A stretch of DNA of 64,000 bases from Myxococcales bacterium (GTDB lineage Bacteria > Myxococcota_A > Polyangia > Polyangiales > Polyangiaceae), in NCBI GenBank assembly GCA_043747615.1, contig JAYTOU010000093.1, positions 1-64,000 of the forward strand. The letters run 5' to 3'. The notes under the pieces were generated by a model. That model saw nothing but the letters and a program-made list of their open reading frames with translations, made no database searches and was not told the origin of the DNA. The number at the start of each line of letters is the position of its first letter. Position 1 is the stretch's first letter. The translations under genes were made by a program, and so were the position numbers. Of this stretch, positions 38,037 through 47,713 are shown piece by piece.

Positions 38037-38228
38037 ATGGCCGCTTCGATCCTGACTAGACACAGGGCGCTCGCCGGAATCATCGGCGCGACGACCGGCC
38101 TCGGCGAGGTCGTCGCCGGGCCCGCTCTTGCTCCGATCGTCGAAATCTCCGGAGCCGCGCTCACGGCCGCGCTCGCTGCCCACGCCGTGCATCGCATCGT
38201 TGCGGCGACCGAGCTGCTCGCCGCCTGA
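38037..38228 (+). CDS. Small hydrophobic hypothetical protein (63 aa)
   Basis: AGGAG RBS 6 nt before ATG 38037; Ala/Leu/Gly-rich sequence. Confidence 0.55.
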   Translation: MAASILTRHRALAGIIGATTGLGEVVAGPALAPIVEISGAALTAALAAHAVHRIVAATELLAA

Positions 38229-38276
38229 AGCGTCGTTTCCCATCGACCCTCGGGTTGGGCGACTTACGTTTGGGGA

Positions 38277-38981
38277 ATGCAAAAACTCCGCGTGGACGTG
38301 TGGTCTGACATCGCGTGCCCCTGGTGCTACGTCGGCAAGCGGCGACTCGAAGCGGCGCTCGCCCTCTTTCCTCACCGCGATGCGGTCGAGATTCACTGGC
38401 GAGCGTTCGAGCTCGATCCCTCGGCGCCTCGCGTGCGCGACGAGAGCGGCGGGCCGTACGCCGCGCGCCTGGCGAAAAAATACGGGACGTCGGTGGCCAA
38501 GGCCGAAGGCATGCTCGAGACGATGACCGCAACGGCCGCGGCCGACGGGCTGGAGTTCCGTTTCGATCGGGTGCGCTCGGGAAACACGTTCGACGCTCAT
38601 CGCGTGCTCCACCTGGCGGGCGAGCGCGGCGTTCAAGACTCCGTGAAGGAGCGCTTCCTTCGTGCTTACATGACGGAGGGAGAGCCCATCGGGGAGCCCG
38701 AGGTTTTGGTGCGGCTCGCGGGCGAAGCGGGTCTCGACGAGGAAGAGGTGCGGGCGATGCTGGCCAGCGACACCTACGCTCGCGAGGTTCGCACCGATGA
38801 AGACGAAGCGCGCGCACTCGGGATCAGCGGCGTTCCGTTCTTCGCGTTCGCCGGGCGCTACGGAGTCTCCGGCGCTCAGACCCCAAGGGTTCTCGCCGAT
38901 GTGCTCGGCCGTGCCTGGAAGGCGGCGACCGAGCTCGAGATCCAGGAAGGGGCCGTCTGTGGCCCCGACGGCTGCGCCTAA
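38277..38981 (+). CDS. DsbA-family (FrnE-like) oxidoreductase
   Basis: WSDIACPWCYVG, GISGVPFF, SGAQ, C-terminal CGPDGC. Confidence 0.92.
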   Translation: MQKLRVDVWSDIACPWCYVGKRRLEAALALFPHRDAVEIHWRAFELDPSAPRVRDESGGPYAARLAKKYGTSVAKAEGMLETMTATAAADGLEFRFDRVRSGNTFDAHRVLHLAGERGVQDSVKERFLRAYMTEGEPIGEPEVLVRLAGEAGLDEEEVRAMLASDTYAREVRTDEDEARALGISGVPFFAFAGRYGVSGAQTPRVLADVLGRAWKAATELEIQEGAVCGPDGCA

Positions 38982-38986
38982 GCGAC

Positions 38987-40621
38987 TTACATCGCGACGG
39001 CTACGCGGAAGAGAAGCTCGTGAAGCACGTGCGCGTTGTCGCGCGCATCGTCGTTGACGCCTGCGGCGAGCGTGTTTCCTGGAGCGATCGCGCGCTGCGA
39101 GGATCCCTGCGCCGGGCCGCCCATCGTGGTGGCCTTCGTCGGCGCGGAGTCCGGAAACATGTTCAGCACATAGTTCGCGCTCAAGCGGACGTGCTTCGTG
39201 AACCAGAAATTTGCTCCGAGGGAGAAGGCATCAACCTTGATGTCGCCGTCGATGTTCTTCGCGTCGACCACGCCGTCTCGACTCGCGCTCGCGTAGGTCA
39301 ACCGCACCTGCTCCCACTTGACGAGAAGTTGAAGCGCGCGCGACGGCGCCGGATCGGGCTTCTTGAAATCGACGTGCGAGGGGTTCTCGTATCCGGGAGC
39401 GCCGTTGATGTCGCGCTTGCCCATCGCCCAGATCCCGAGCTGCGCGTAGTAGGACGTGCCGCTGATGCCGCCGGTGCGTTCGGTGTTCGTGGTCTGGTAG
39501 CCTTCGAGCGCTTCCCGCGTGTGGTTGTTGATGTACACGAGCTCGCCCGTGAGATCGACGATCGAGACCGGAATGCGAAGCTCGCCCGCGAGACCGACCT
39601 GATCGCCCGACGGTAGGACGTGGGTCTGACCGCCTGCGCCGTTATACGTGGGGCTCCAGAAGGTGTAGTTGCCCTGCGTGGAGAGGCCCGGGTAGTCGTA
39701 GTAGGTGTATTTACGATCACGCGATCCGTAGTGGACGCTGCCTCCGATCTGCAGGTCCTTGAGCGCGCCCTGCTGGCTAGTGGCGATCGGATGCACGAAA
39801 ACGCGGGCGAACAGGTCACCGTGGCTGTCGGTGTTTAGCTTGTTTTGCCCGTCTCCGTTGAAGAGCCCCACTGAGTAGAAGAGGAGCTTGTTGCTCATCT
39901 CGCCCCAGGTCATCAGGCCGAGCTCCTTGTTCGTCGGGACGCCCACCGCGCGCACGGCGAGCGAACGCTCCATGAACGGGATGTACTTGTCGCTCGTCCT
40001 GTTCTCCATCGTGAAGGGAGCGTCGTACTGCCCAAGCTGCAGGTTGAAGAGCGGGTGCGCGCGGTAGTTCACGAACACGTCCGTCGGAGCGGCGCTGACC
40101 CTGGCGGTTTGCGCGCTGGCAAAACGGCCCGTCGTTGCGGCGGGTACAACACCGGGTGCGGCGGCCGAGGTCTCGTTCGTCCCCTTGGGATTGTCGAGCC
40201 CCGTCGCACCGAAGTCGCCGGCGAGCATCCACTGCCAGTTGACGAGAAACTCGCCCGAGAGCTCCGGACGAATGCGGCGGAGGAAGAGCGTCGGCTTCAG
40301 CGACTGCGCTGTCACCTCGGCGACGCCCGGCCCGAAGTAGGTGTACGTGTCGATCTGCGCGCGACCCTGGATGTAGAGCCGAAAGTTGTCGTTGTAGTCG
40401 CGCAGGTAGAAGAGGCCGTTGTGCCAGCCGGCGAGCGGGTGACCGTCTTTGGCGAGGGGCGACGCGTCGGCCGTTGAGCTTTCTTCGGCGGGAGCGGCGG
40501 GCGGCTCAGGCGCGGTGACGGTCGTGGTAACGACGGGGTGATCCTCGGGCGACTGCGCTTTGGCGGTGGAAGGCATCGCGAGCAGAAAAAGAATGGGAAC
40601 TGCTACGACGGTGGATCTCAT
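38987..40621 (-). CDS. OprO/OprP-like outer-membrane porin
   Basis: Signal peptide, GRAQID, LRRIR, GQYDAPFTME..TSD, FMERS, GLFNGDG; beta-strand pattern; AAAGGA RBS. Confidence 0.78.
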   Translation of the reverse strand: MRSTVVAVPILFLLAMPSTAKAQSPEDHPVVTTTVTAPEPPAAPAEESSTADASPLAKDGHPLAGWHNGLFYLRDYNDNFRLYIQGRAQIDTYTYFGPGVAEVTAQSLKPTLFLRRIRPELSGEFLVNWQWMLAGDFGATGLDNPKGTNETSAAAPGVVPAATTGRFASAQTARVSAAPTDVFVNYRAHPLFNLQLGQYDAPFTMENRTSDKYIPFMERSLAVRAVGVPTNKELGLMTWGEMSNKLLFYSVGLFNGDGQNKLNTDSHGDLFARVFVHPIATSQQGALKDLQIGGSVHYGSRDRKYTYYDYPGLSTQGNYTFWSPTYNGAGGQTHVLPSGDQVGLAGELRIPVSIVDLTGELVYINNHTREALEGYQTTNTERTGGISGTSYYAQLGIWAMGKRDINGAPGYENPSHVDFKKPDPAPSRALQLLVKWEQVRLTYASASRDGVVDAKNIDGDIKVDAFSLGANFWFTKHVRLSANYVLNMFPDSAPTKATTMGGPAQGSSQRAIAPGNTLAAGVNDDARDNAHVLHELLFRVAVAM

Positions 40622-40659
40622 GGTTGGTCCTTTGGCGTTGCACATGGTTGGCGTGACGG

Positions 40660-40884
40660 TCATTCGCTCGCCGCGTCGCCTGCGTCGACCCCGGCATCGA
40701 TCGCCAGGGCTGCGTCTGCCTTCGCCTCGGCAGGAGCGTCCGAAGCAGCATCGGACGGAGCGTCTGCACCGGCGTCCTTCACGGGGACGGGGTTTGGCTT
40801 GTCGTTGTCGGCGCCGCACGCGGTGGATGCGAAGACGACCAGGAGAACGAAGAGGCGCGCGGCCTTCGAGTGCGAATCGAGCAT
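40660..40884 (-). CDS. Small lipoprotein with DA-rich tail
   Basis: Hydrophobic leader with STAC lipobox, then DAGADAPSDAASDA repeats. Confidence 0.65.
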   Translation of the reverse strand: MLDSHSKAARLFVLLVVFASTACGADNDKPNPVPVKDAGADAPSDAASDAPAEAKADAALAIDAGVDAGDAASE

Positions 40885-40973
40885 ACTTTCTGATACACGC
40901 ACTCTGTGACGAAGCTGCAACGTCTGCGGAGCATTTGAAAGGCCCGCGCGCGAAATCACGCTAGGCTGACGTA

Positions 40974-42413
40974 ATGCTCACGAAGACCGGCCTCTCGCTC
41001 AGTGCGCTGCTCGCTTGCAGCGGCTGCATCGCCCTCGCTTCGCCTGCGTGCGGTAGCTCCAACACCTCGGGGTTCGGGGACGGCACCGGCATGGACGGCG
41101 GGTCGCTCGACGAAGCCGGCAATCCGATCTTCGGCGACAGCGGCGGTCAAAAGCCCGCCTGCAAGGGGCTCCAGTGTCAGCAGGTAATGTGCGCGGGCGG
41201 CGCGACGACCAGCCTGACCGGCACGGCGTACGCGCCGAACGGAACGCTCCCGCTCTACAACGTGATCGTGTACGTCCCGAACGCGCCGCTCGATCCGCTC
41301 GTCGAAGGTGTGACGTGCGACAAGTGCGGCTCCGTGGCCTCGGGCAGCCCGGTGGTCACCGCGCTCAGCGATTCGAGCGGCAACTTCAAGATCACCAATG
41401 TGCCCGCGGGCGACAACATCCCGCTCGTTCTGCAGGTCGGAAAGTGGCGGCGCCAGGTGGTGATTCCGCATGTCGAGGCCTGCAAGGAAACGGCGCTCAC
41501 CGATCCGAACATGACGCGCCTCCCGAAAAAGCAGAGCGAAGGCCACCTTCCCCACATCGCGGTGACGACCGGCGATTTCGATGCGATGGGATGCCTGCTT
41601 CCGAAGATGGGCGTCGACAACTCCGAGTTCGGAGTGGCCGCCAACGAAGCAACGAAGCGGGTGACCTTTTATCAAGGCCAAGGCCCGAGCATGCCGGGGA
41701 TCACGTCCGCACAGGCCTTCTGGTCCGACGCGGCGCAGCTGAAGAAATTCGATGTCGTGATGCTGTCCTGCGAAGGGGACGAGTTCTTGAACAACAAGCC
41801 CGCAGTACCCCGCGCTTCGATGGAGGACTACCTGACGAGCGGCGGCCGCATCCTCGGCACGGACTTCATGTACACGTGGGAGCGCGACGCCTTCGATTCG
41901 GTCGTCGACCCATCGAAGCACACCGTCAACACCTGGTTCGGCGGAGCCCCTGGGGACGGAACCGGCACGTTCGACGTCGACACGTCGTTTCCCAAAGGCC
42001 TCGCGCTCGCGCAGTGGCTCAGCAAGGTCGGCGCATCGACGACCATGGGAAAGATTGATTTCCCGGTCGCTTACAGCAACTTCGACAAGGTGAACCCGCT
42101 CGTCTCGCAGCGATGGGTCCACGCCGGAGCCAACGACAAGATCTTCACGTACAACCTTCCGGTTGGGGCCGCGCCCGCCGATCAGTGCGGAAAATCCGTC
42201 TTTCTCGACGTGCACATCGCCGATCCCCACGTCCCAGGAAACGACGTCGTGAACGCTGCGTTTCCGGGAAAGGACTTCGACCCCACGAAGCCGGAAACGG
42301 GCTGCCTCCCCAATCTCACCCCGCAAGAGAAGGCTTTCATCTTCTTCCTGATGGACCTCTCCTCGTGCATCCAACCCGACAACGGGATGGTCAATCCGCC
42401 TCCAGTGAAGTGA
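40974..42413 (+). CDS. Cys-rich secreted/lipoprotein with carboxypeptidase-regulatory-like beta domain
   Basis: Lipoprotein-like leader (SPACG), TSLTGTAYAPNG..PLYNVIVY, GNFKITNVPAG, GKWRR. Confidence 0.8.
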   Translation: MLTKTGLSLSALLACSGCIALASPACGSSNTSGFGDGTGMDGGSLDEAGNPIFGDSGGQKPACKGLQCQQVMCAGGATTSLTGTAYAPNGTLPLYNVIVYVPNAPLDPLVEGVTCDKCGSVASGSPVVTALSDSSGNFKITNVPAGDNIPLVLQVGKWRRQVVIPHVEACKETALTDPNMTRLPKKQSEGHLPHIAVTTGDFDAMGCLLPKMGVDNSEFGVAANEATKRVTFYQGQGPSMPGITSAQAFWSDAAQLKKFDVVMLSCEGDEFLNNKPAVPRASMEDYLTSGGRILGTDFMYTWERDAFDSVVDPSKHTVNTWFGGAPGDGTGTFDVDTSFPKGLALAQWLSKVGASTTMGKIDFPVAYSNFDKVNPLVSQRWVHAGANDKIFTYNLPVGAAPADQCGKSVFLDVHIADPHVPGNDVVNAAFPGKDFDPTKPETGCLPNLTPQEKAFIFFLMDLSSCIQPDNGMVNPPPVK

Positions 42414-42436
42414 CGACCTGTGGCACCATCGCGGGC

Positions 42437-42976
42437 ATGAGCTTCTCTCGTCATGCCTCGGGCGTCTCTGTCTTCGTCACTGTGTGGTTGGCCGCGGTTG
42501 CGTGCGGCTCTTCCAATTCGGGCACCGGCACCCAGGGCACACCGGCGAAGGCTGATGGCTCGTGCATCGCGCTCACCTCGCCCGGCGGATCGGTCAAGCC
42601 GCACTCCGAGCCGGGCGACGCGCCCGCTGCGATGGGAGGAGTGATCGCGGCGGGCGATTACTTACTGACCGACGTGAGCCACTACGCGGGGGCAAACCCG
42701 CTCGGCACTCAGACCATAAAGAAGCTTCATTTCTCGGCCGGTTTCGTGGAGTACGCCGACGGCAACGGGGACGCGAACACCCAGAACATCGGGCGCTCGT
42801 TCACGACCTCGGGAAAGAACATCACCTTCCACGAGGTCTGTCATACGCCAGCAAACATGCTGCAAAGCTCCAACACCTTCACGTCGCCGTACACCGCGAC
42901 GGCAACCGAATACATCGAGTTCGACAACTACGTGAAGGGCGTCTTCACCTATACGCTGCAGCCGGCGACCCCCTGA
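42437..42976 (+). CDS. Hypothetical lipoprotein
   Basis: AVACG lipobox; beta-rich Thr/Ser body. Confidence 0.75.
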   Translation: MSFSRHASGVSVFVTVWLAAVACGSSNSGTGTQGTPAKADGSCIALTSPGGSVKPHSEPGDAPAAMGGVIAAGDYLLTDVSHYAGANPLGTQTIKKLHFSAGFVEYADGNGDANTQNIGRSFTTSGKNITFHEVCHTPANMLQSSNTFTSPYTATATEYIEFDNYVKGVFTYTLQPATP

Positions 42977-43056
42977 GCCGCGACAAGCCTTTCGCGCGCG
43001 GGCCATTTGCGGGGCTTCCCGACAGTCCGCGACTCGCACACGGATACGAGGCCACC

Positions 43057-43908
43057 ATGGGGCGCGAGCTCACGATGGACTCCACGCCGTTTGGCCGCTT
43101 GCGGGTGCATTACCGCGAGCACGGAGAGGGACCGCCGCTCCTCCTGGTGCACGGGCTGATGACCACCAGCTATTCGTGGCGCTACGTGTTCGCCCATCTC
43201 GGCCGCCGTTACCGCGTGATCGCCCCTGATTTGCCTGGTTGCGGCGCTACGGGCAAACCGCTCGATCGCGTGTACTCCATCGAGGCTCTCGCGACGTGGG
43301 TCGGCGAGTTTCAACGCGCGCTCGGCATTCGAGGGACACGCGGCGTCGGCAATTCTCTCGGCGGGCTCATCTGCATGCGGCTTGCGCTCGACGACGCGGG
43401 CGCATTTTCGCGGCTGGTGAACATCCATGCGCCTGTCTTCCCCGAGGCGCGCTACTTCGCGCTTCACGCTGCGCTCAAGGCTCCGGGCGTGAAATCCATG
43501 TTGGCGCGATTGATCCGCAGCAACGTTCATCGATGGGTGCACCGCAACGTTCACTATTACGACGAAAGCCTGAAGTCGCTCGAAGAGGCGCGCGCGTACG
43601 GCGACCCGCTCGACGCTCCCGGCGGCGCCGAAGCCTTCATCCACTACCTGAGTGACGCGATTTCTCCGCGCTCGTTTGCGAAGATGGCCCGCACCCTCGA
43701 GGAGCGCCACAGAGCGAGAACCCCGTTCCCCGTTCCTCTCCTTCTCGTCTACGCGCGAGAAGATCCGATGGTACGTCCCGGGAACGGCGCGCGCCTCGCA
43801 AAGCTCATCGACGACGCGACGTTGGTGTGGCTGGACGAGAGCTCGCATTTCCCGCACGTGGACAGCCCGGAGCGTCTCGTGAAGGAAGTGCTGGAATTTC
43901 TGGCTTAG
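43057..43908 (+). CDS. Alpha/beta-fold hydrolase
   Basis: LLVHG, PDLPGCG, GNSLGG, EDP, SHFPH. Confidence 0.9.
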   Translation: MGRELTMDSTPFGRLRVHYREHGEGPPLLLVHGLMTTSYSWRYVFAHLGRRYRVIAPDLPGCGATGKPLDRVYSIEALATWVGEFQRALGIRGTRGVGNSLGGLICMRLALDDAGAFSRLVNIHAPVFPEARYFALHAALKAPGVKSMLARLIRSNVHRWVHRNVHYYDESLKSLEEARAYGDPLDAPGGAEAFIHYLSDAISPRSFAKMARTLEERHRARTPFPVPLLLVYAREDPMVRPGNGARLAKLIDDATLVWLDESSHFPHVDSPERLVKEVLEFLA

Positions 43909-43950
43909 GCGGCGTTCGCGACTCTGTCGCGTTAGGTCACGCGACCTTCG

Positions 43951-44664
43951 TCACGGGTTGCCGGCGACGGCTCCGTTCATCTTTTTCTCGTGACCAGCGT
44001 CGACGATGTCGATGCGGTAAACGAGCTTGCCGTCGTTCGTCTTGAGCTCGCCCCCCACGTCACCCCAGGCGAACGCCTTGCTGGCGATGGTGCTGAGCAC
44101 GCCCTTCTTGCGGCCGACGATGACGCTGTAGCGCGTCTGCACGCAGTCGAAGGTCTTGCTGCCGATCGCGATCTTCATCCTTTCGGTGCCGAGAATTTCC
44201 TCGTTCTGGTCGGCAGCGAAGACGGTCTCCGACATGAGCGCTTCGTATGCCGCCATCGTGGAGGGCTTCTCGCCGCCCGAGGCCTCTACCCGGACGACGG
44301 AGAGCACGTCTGTCTTCGCGTTCGGTGTCGTGTCGAAGCGGACGCGCAGCGTTCCGTCATTCTTCCCGCCATTCAACGTGAGCTCGACGAGGAGGATCGG
44401 CCCTGCCGCTTCGAGTACTTTTTCCGTGAGGGTCACCGGTCCCTTGTGGAACGCTCCTGAAAATCGGTAGACGACGAAGTCACCGGCGACGCGTGTGGGC
44501 GTCTTGTCGAGCGCAGTGTCATCTGCATGCGCTGCCGACGACGCGAGCGACGAAGCGTGGGCGGACGTCAACTGGAGGCTTGTTGCCGGCTGCGGAGAGA
44601 CGGCGTGCGAACAGCCCGCGATGATGGTGAGGAGGGCGGCCATCGAAAGGAGGTCTCGGTTCAT
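43951..44664 (-). CDS. Hypothetical lipoprotein
   Basis: IAGC lipobox; protein-like composition. Confidence 0.75.
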   Translation of the reverse strand: MNRDLLSMAALLTIIAGCSHAVSPQPATSLQLTSAHASSLASSAAHADDTALDKTPTRVAGDFVVYRFSGAFHKGPVTLTEKVLEAAGPILLVELTLNGGKNDGTLRVRFDTTPNAKTDVLSVVRVEASGGEKPSTMAAYEALMSETVFAADQNEEILGTERMKIAIGSKTFDCVQTRYSVIVGRKKGVLSTIASKAFAWGDVGGELKTNDGKLVYRIDIVDAGHEKKMNGAVAGNP

Positions 44665-44858
44665 GTCTGTCGCTAACGCGTGCCACCGATCCGGGCCAAA
44701 TTTTCTCCCTCTCTTCGTACGTTGATTCCTGATCCGCTGTCGATCTCACCGGAGGCGACGATCAAAGTGGCCGCAGCACTTTTGTGGAGCACGGTCTGCG
44801 GCAACGAGGAGAGCGCTGCGCACTTGGACGGGTCCGGCTCCGGTGTGCACCGAGCTCT

Positions 44859-45638
44859 CTACGTAGATCGGCTCGCATCCATGCGCGCGAACTCGTCTTC
44901 GAGGGTGCGCTCGGCGTGCTCGAATCGCGCGGCGCCCGTGACCCTGCGGTACGCGATGCCGAGTGCCGCGATCATCCCGACGAAGATCACGCCAGCGCCG
45001 ATCGCGCCGGTGCGGGTGCGCATCGCTTCCGTGGAGAGCGTTCCATCGATGCCTGAAGCGAGGTCAGCCGTCGCGCGAACGTAGAGCGGGGTGTCGCCGG
45101 CTCGCGTCTTGCGATAGCCGAGGGCGGTGTCGCCTTCGGCGCGCTCGTGTTTGCCGAGGCCTGCAGACGCGTAGTAGCCGACGCGGCGCTCGAGGGTGCT
45201 CTCGGCCGCGGGCTCGAAGTGAAGTCCGCCGGGGCCGCTGGTATCGATGATCTGGACGGCGTCTCCGTCGGCGATGGGCGCGGTGAGGCGCACGCGATCT
45301 TTGTTTTTTTTCAGTGCTTCGTGGATGACCACGGCGATCGACGTCGGCGACCCATGGATCACCGCGAACCCTACGATTTGGCCGTGTTCCTCGATCGGCG
45401 TGATCGCGTCGTTCGTCTCGAGGCGACTTCCGATTGGGAGCGGTGACGCCAGTCGAACGATGGATTGATCGTCGCCAAGGGTGAACTGACTGCACCAAAC
45501 AATGGTCTCGCCCTCGATGGTGCCGCGGTGAATCGCGCCGCGTACCGGCCCACCCGCAACGGCGACGGGTGAAACGAGAGTGACGAGGAGGAGCGCGAAC
45601 GCGGCGAAGAGCTTGCGCAGCGAGCAGGTAGTTTTCAT
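44859..45638 (-). CDS. Exported hypothetical protein with C-terminal TM anchor
   Basis: Signal peptide from ATG 45638 (ATGA overlap with the upstream stop); C-terminal hydrophobic helix. Confidence 0.7.
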   Translation of the reverse strand: MKTTCSLRKLFAAFALLLVTLVSPVAVAGGPVRGAIHRGTIEGETIVWCSQFTLGDDQSIVRLASPLPIGSRLETNDAITPIEEHGQIVGFAVIHGSPTSIAVVIHEALKKNKDRVRLTAPIADGDAVQIIDTSGPGGLHFEPAAESTLERRVGYYASAGLGKHERAEGDTALGYRKTRAGDTPLYVRATADLASGIDGTLSTEAMRTRTGAIGAGVIFVGMIAALGIAYRRVTGAARFEHAERTLEDEFARMDASRST

Positions 45639-46258
45639 CGCCCGATGCTCCCGATGGCGTCGATGCCGTGACCGAAAATCGTTCGCTCCGGAAGTATCGG
45701 GGAGGCGAGCGCGCAGAGCTGCAGGAGCGTCGCGAGCTGGATCCCCATGAGCACCGAAACGGGGAGAATCACGGGGAAACGACGGATCCCCTGGGGAACC
45801 TGACGGACGACCGCGCGCACGAAAATCGCAGTGCCGGCCGCGAGCGCGACGAGCGCGGAGCCTTGCCCGAGGAGAGGTCCGACCCAATCGCTCGAGTGGT
45901 AGTAGAGCGCGACGAGCGGAGACAGGACGGCGAGAACGAGCGTGCCGCCGAAGATGCCGCTCGCGAAAGACACCAGAAGATCGCTCCCCCGACACTCCGC
46001 TCCGGAGAGCTTCCACGTGAGTAGTCCGGCAGGCACTGCGCTCAGCACAGAGAGGAGGACGATCATCGGCACCTTGTAGACGTTGGCCAGCGCCAGCGGC
46101 AGCGAGCGACTGCCCGCAGCGAGGCCCCACAGTGCGGCGAACACCAACGACGCGAGAAGCGAGGCAATGACGATCTGCAGCCGACGCGCGCGACCGCTAT
46201 CTGCCTCCGAGAGTTTCTTGCCGCTGGTCAGATCGACGAGGGTGGAAAATGGGCTCAT
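45635..46258 (-). CDS. Small multi-TM hypothetical protein (Yip1-like topology)
   Basis: About 5 TM helices; GGAGG RBS before ATG 46258. Confidence 0.75.
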   Translation of the reverse strand: MSPFSTLVDLTSGKKLSEADSGRARRLQIVIASLLASLVFAALWGLAAGSRSLPLALANVYKVPMIVLLSVLSAVPAGLLTWKLSGAECRGSDLLVSFASGIFGGTLVLAVLSPLVALYYHSSDWVGPLLGQGSALVALAAGTAIFVRAVVRQVPQGIRRFPVILPVSVLMGIQLATLLQLCALASPILPERTIFGHGIDAIGSIGR

Positions 46259-46356
46259 GAAGAATCCTCCGTGGTGGTTGGTCACGGATGGAAGATGGAC
46301 CTCTCAGTTGGACGGCGTCGCGCACCCAAGTGAAAACGAAGTGAAACGTCGCTGAG

Positions 46357-47637
46357 CTATTTCTTCGCGACCGTGCCGAGCGAGGGTCGCGTCACGCGCT
46401 CCACCTTTTGCTGGGCAAAATAGGCTCGGAGCATGTCGCGTGCGACGACGTTTGCCTTCGTTTTCCACGTGGGATGGTTGACCACGAGCACCGCAACGGT
46501 GACCGGGCGAACGCCAGGCATGGTGCGACTCGGGGCAAATCCGGTGAACCACGTGTAGAGATGGTCGCCGTCGGATAGTGTCCCCGTCTTGCCGGCGACG
46601 GTCACGCCCGGCAGAAACGACGCCCCTGCGGGATCATGGAACGCGCGGTAGGACGTCCCTTCGCTCACGGTGTGCTCCATCATGGTGGTCACGGCCTGCG
46701 CCGTCTCCTTGGCCACGACGCGGCGAAGGGGTGAGGCGGGCGGAGCGCTGTAGATGAGCGCGCCTCCGGGCTCGTGCACGTCGCGGACGATCGTGAGACG
46801 GACCGATTCGCCGCCGCGCGCGAGCGTGGTGCTGATGGACGCAGCCTGCAGCGGAGAGAGTGTCGAGTTCCAGAAGCCCGCAGCCGTTCTTGCGTATCCC
46901 AGCGGATCGCTCGGCAGCTTGAGCGTGCTGGTCTGCACCGGAACGTCGAATGGGACGGGCTCTCCGAAGCCGTAGGCCTCGGCCATGTCCTCGAGCGACT
47001 TCGGCTTCAAGTGTTGCTGCGCGAGGCGACCAAAGACGGTGTTGACGCTCCGCCCCATCGCGCCGGCGAGCGTCACGCACCAGCGATCGCGCTGCGGATT
47101 TTCTTCGAGATCGATCTGCGAAATTTCATGCTCGCCTCCCGAGTAGCATTCGCGGGTGTCGGGCGTGAGGCCCGCGTCCTGCACGAGCGCCGAGCCGGTG
47201 ATGATCTTGAAGACGCTCGCCGCCGGAGCCACCGCTTCTGCGCAACCGTCGCGCAGAGGGCCAGACTCTGCACGGCTCGCATACACGAGAACATTTCCGG
47301 TCGCCGGATCCGTCATGACGATGGAGGCTTGCGGGAGCTGGTGGGAGCGCATGATGGCAGCGGCGGTGCGCTGAAGCTCAGGGTCGAGCGTCAGGCGCGC
47401 CACCCGATGCCCGGACGCCGGAGCGCTCGCACCTTCGTCGTCGAGCGCGATGTGCGTCAAGTCGAGCCCGGTTAGCGGCGGAATGGCCGGAGGGAGCGGC
47501 GGCATCTCCTCGGCGGAGCTCGCTATCTTCGCGAGCGGCGTCTCCGGAACCGGCCGCGGCGGCGTGAGCCCGCTGAGCCACGGAATGCTTCCTACCGCGA
47601 CAGCAAGCGCCGCCACACCGATCAACCACGGTCGCAT
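46357..47637 (-). CDS. Penicillin-binding protein (transpeptidase domain only)
   Basis: ASVFK (SxxK), RSVN (SxN), GKTGT (KTG), WFTGFAP; N-terminal TM. Confidence 0.9.
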   Translation of the reverse strand: MRPWLIGVAALAVAVGSIPWLSGLTPPRPVPETPLAKIASSAEEMPPLPPAIPPLTGLDLTHIALDDEGASAPASGHRVARLTLDPELQRTAAAIMRSHQLPQASIVMTDPATGNVLVYASRAESGPLRDGCAEAVAPAASVFKIITGSALVQDAGLTPDTRECYSGGEHEISQIDLEENPQRDRWCVTLAGAMGRSVNTVFGRLAQQHLKPKSLEDMAEAYGFGEPVPFDVPVQTSTLKLPSDPLGYARTAAGFWNSTLSPLQAASISTTLARGGESVRLTIVRDVHEPGGALIYSAPPASPLRRVVAKETAQAVTTMMEHTVSEGTSYRAFHDPAGASFLPGVTVAGKTGTLSDGDHLYTWFTGFAPSRTMPGVRPVTVAVLVVNHPTWKTKANVVARDMLRAYFAQQKVERVTRPSLGTVAKK

Positions 47638-47713
47638 TCCCCATCGTGTGACATACGCTCCGTCTACCGGGCAAACAAACGGCGGACATGCGCTCCCCTG
47701 GTATCGTGTGGCC

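Noticed and set aside
44671..44685. sigma54 promoter (TGGCACG) upstream of the 43951 lipoprotein
   Set aside because: The GG-to-GC spacing is one base short, and the site is too close to the start codon.
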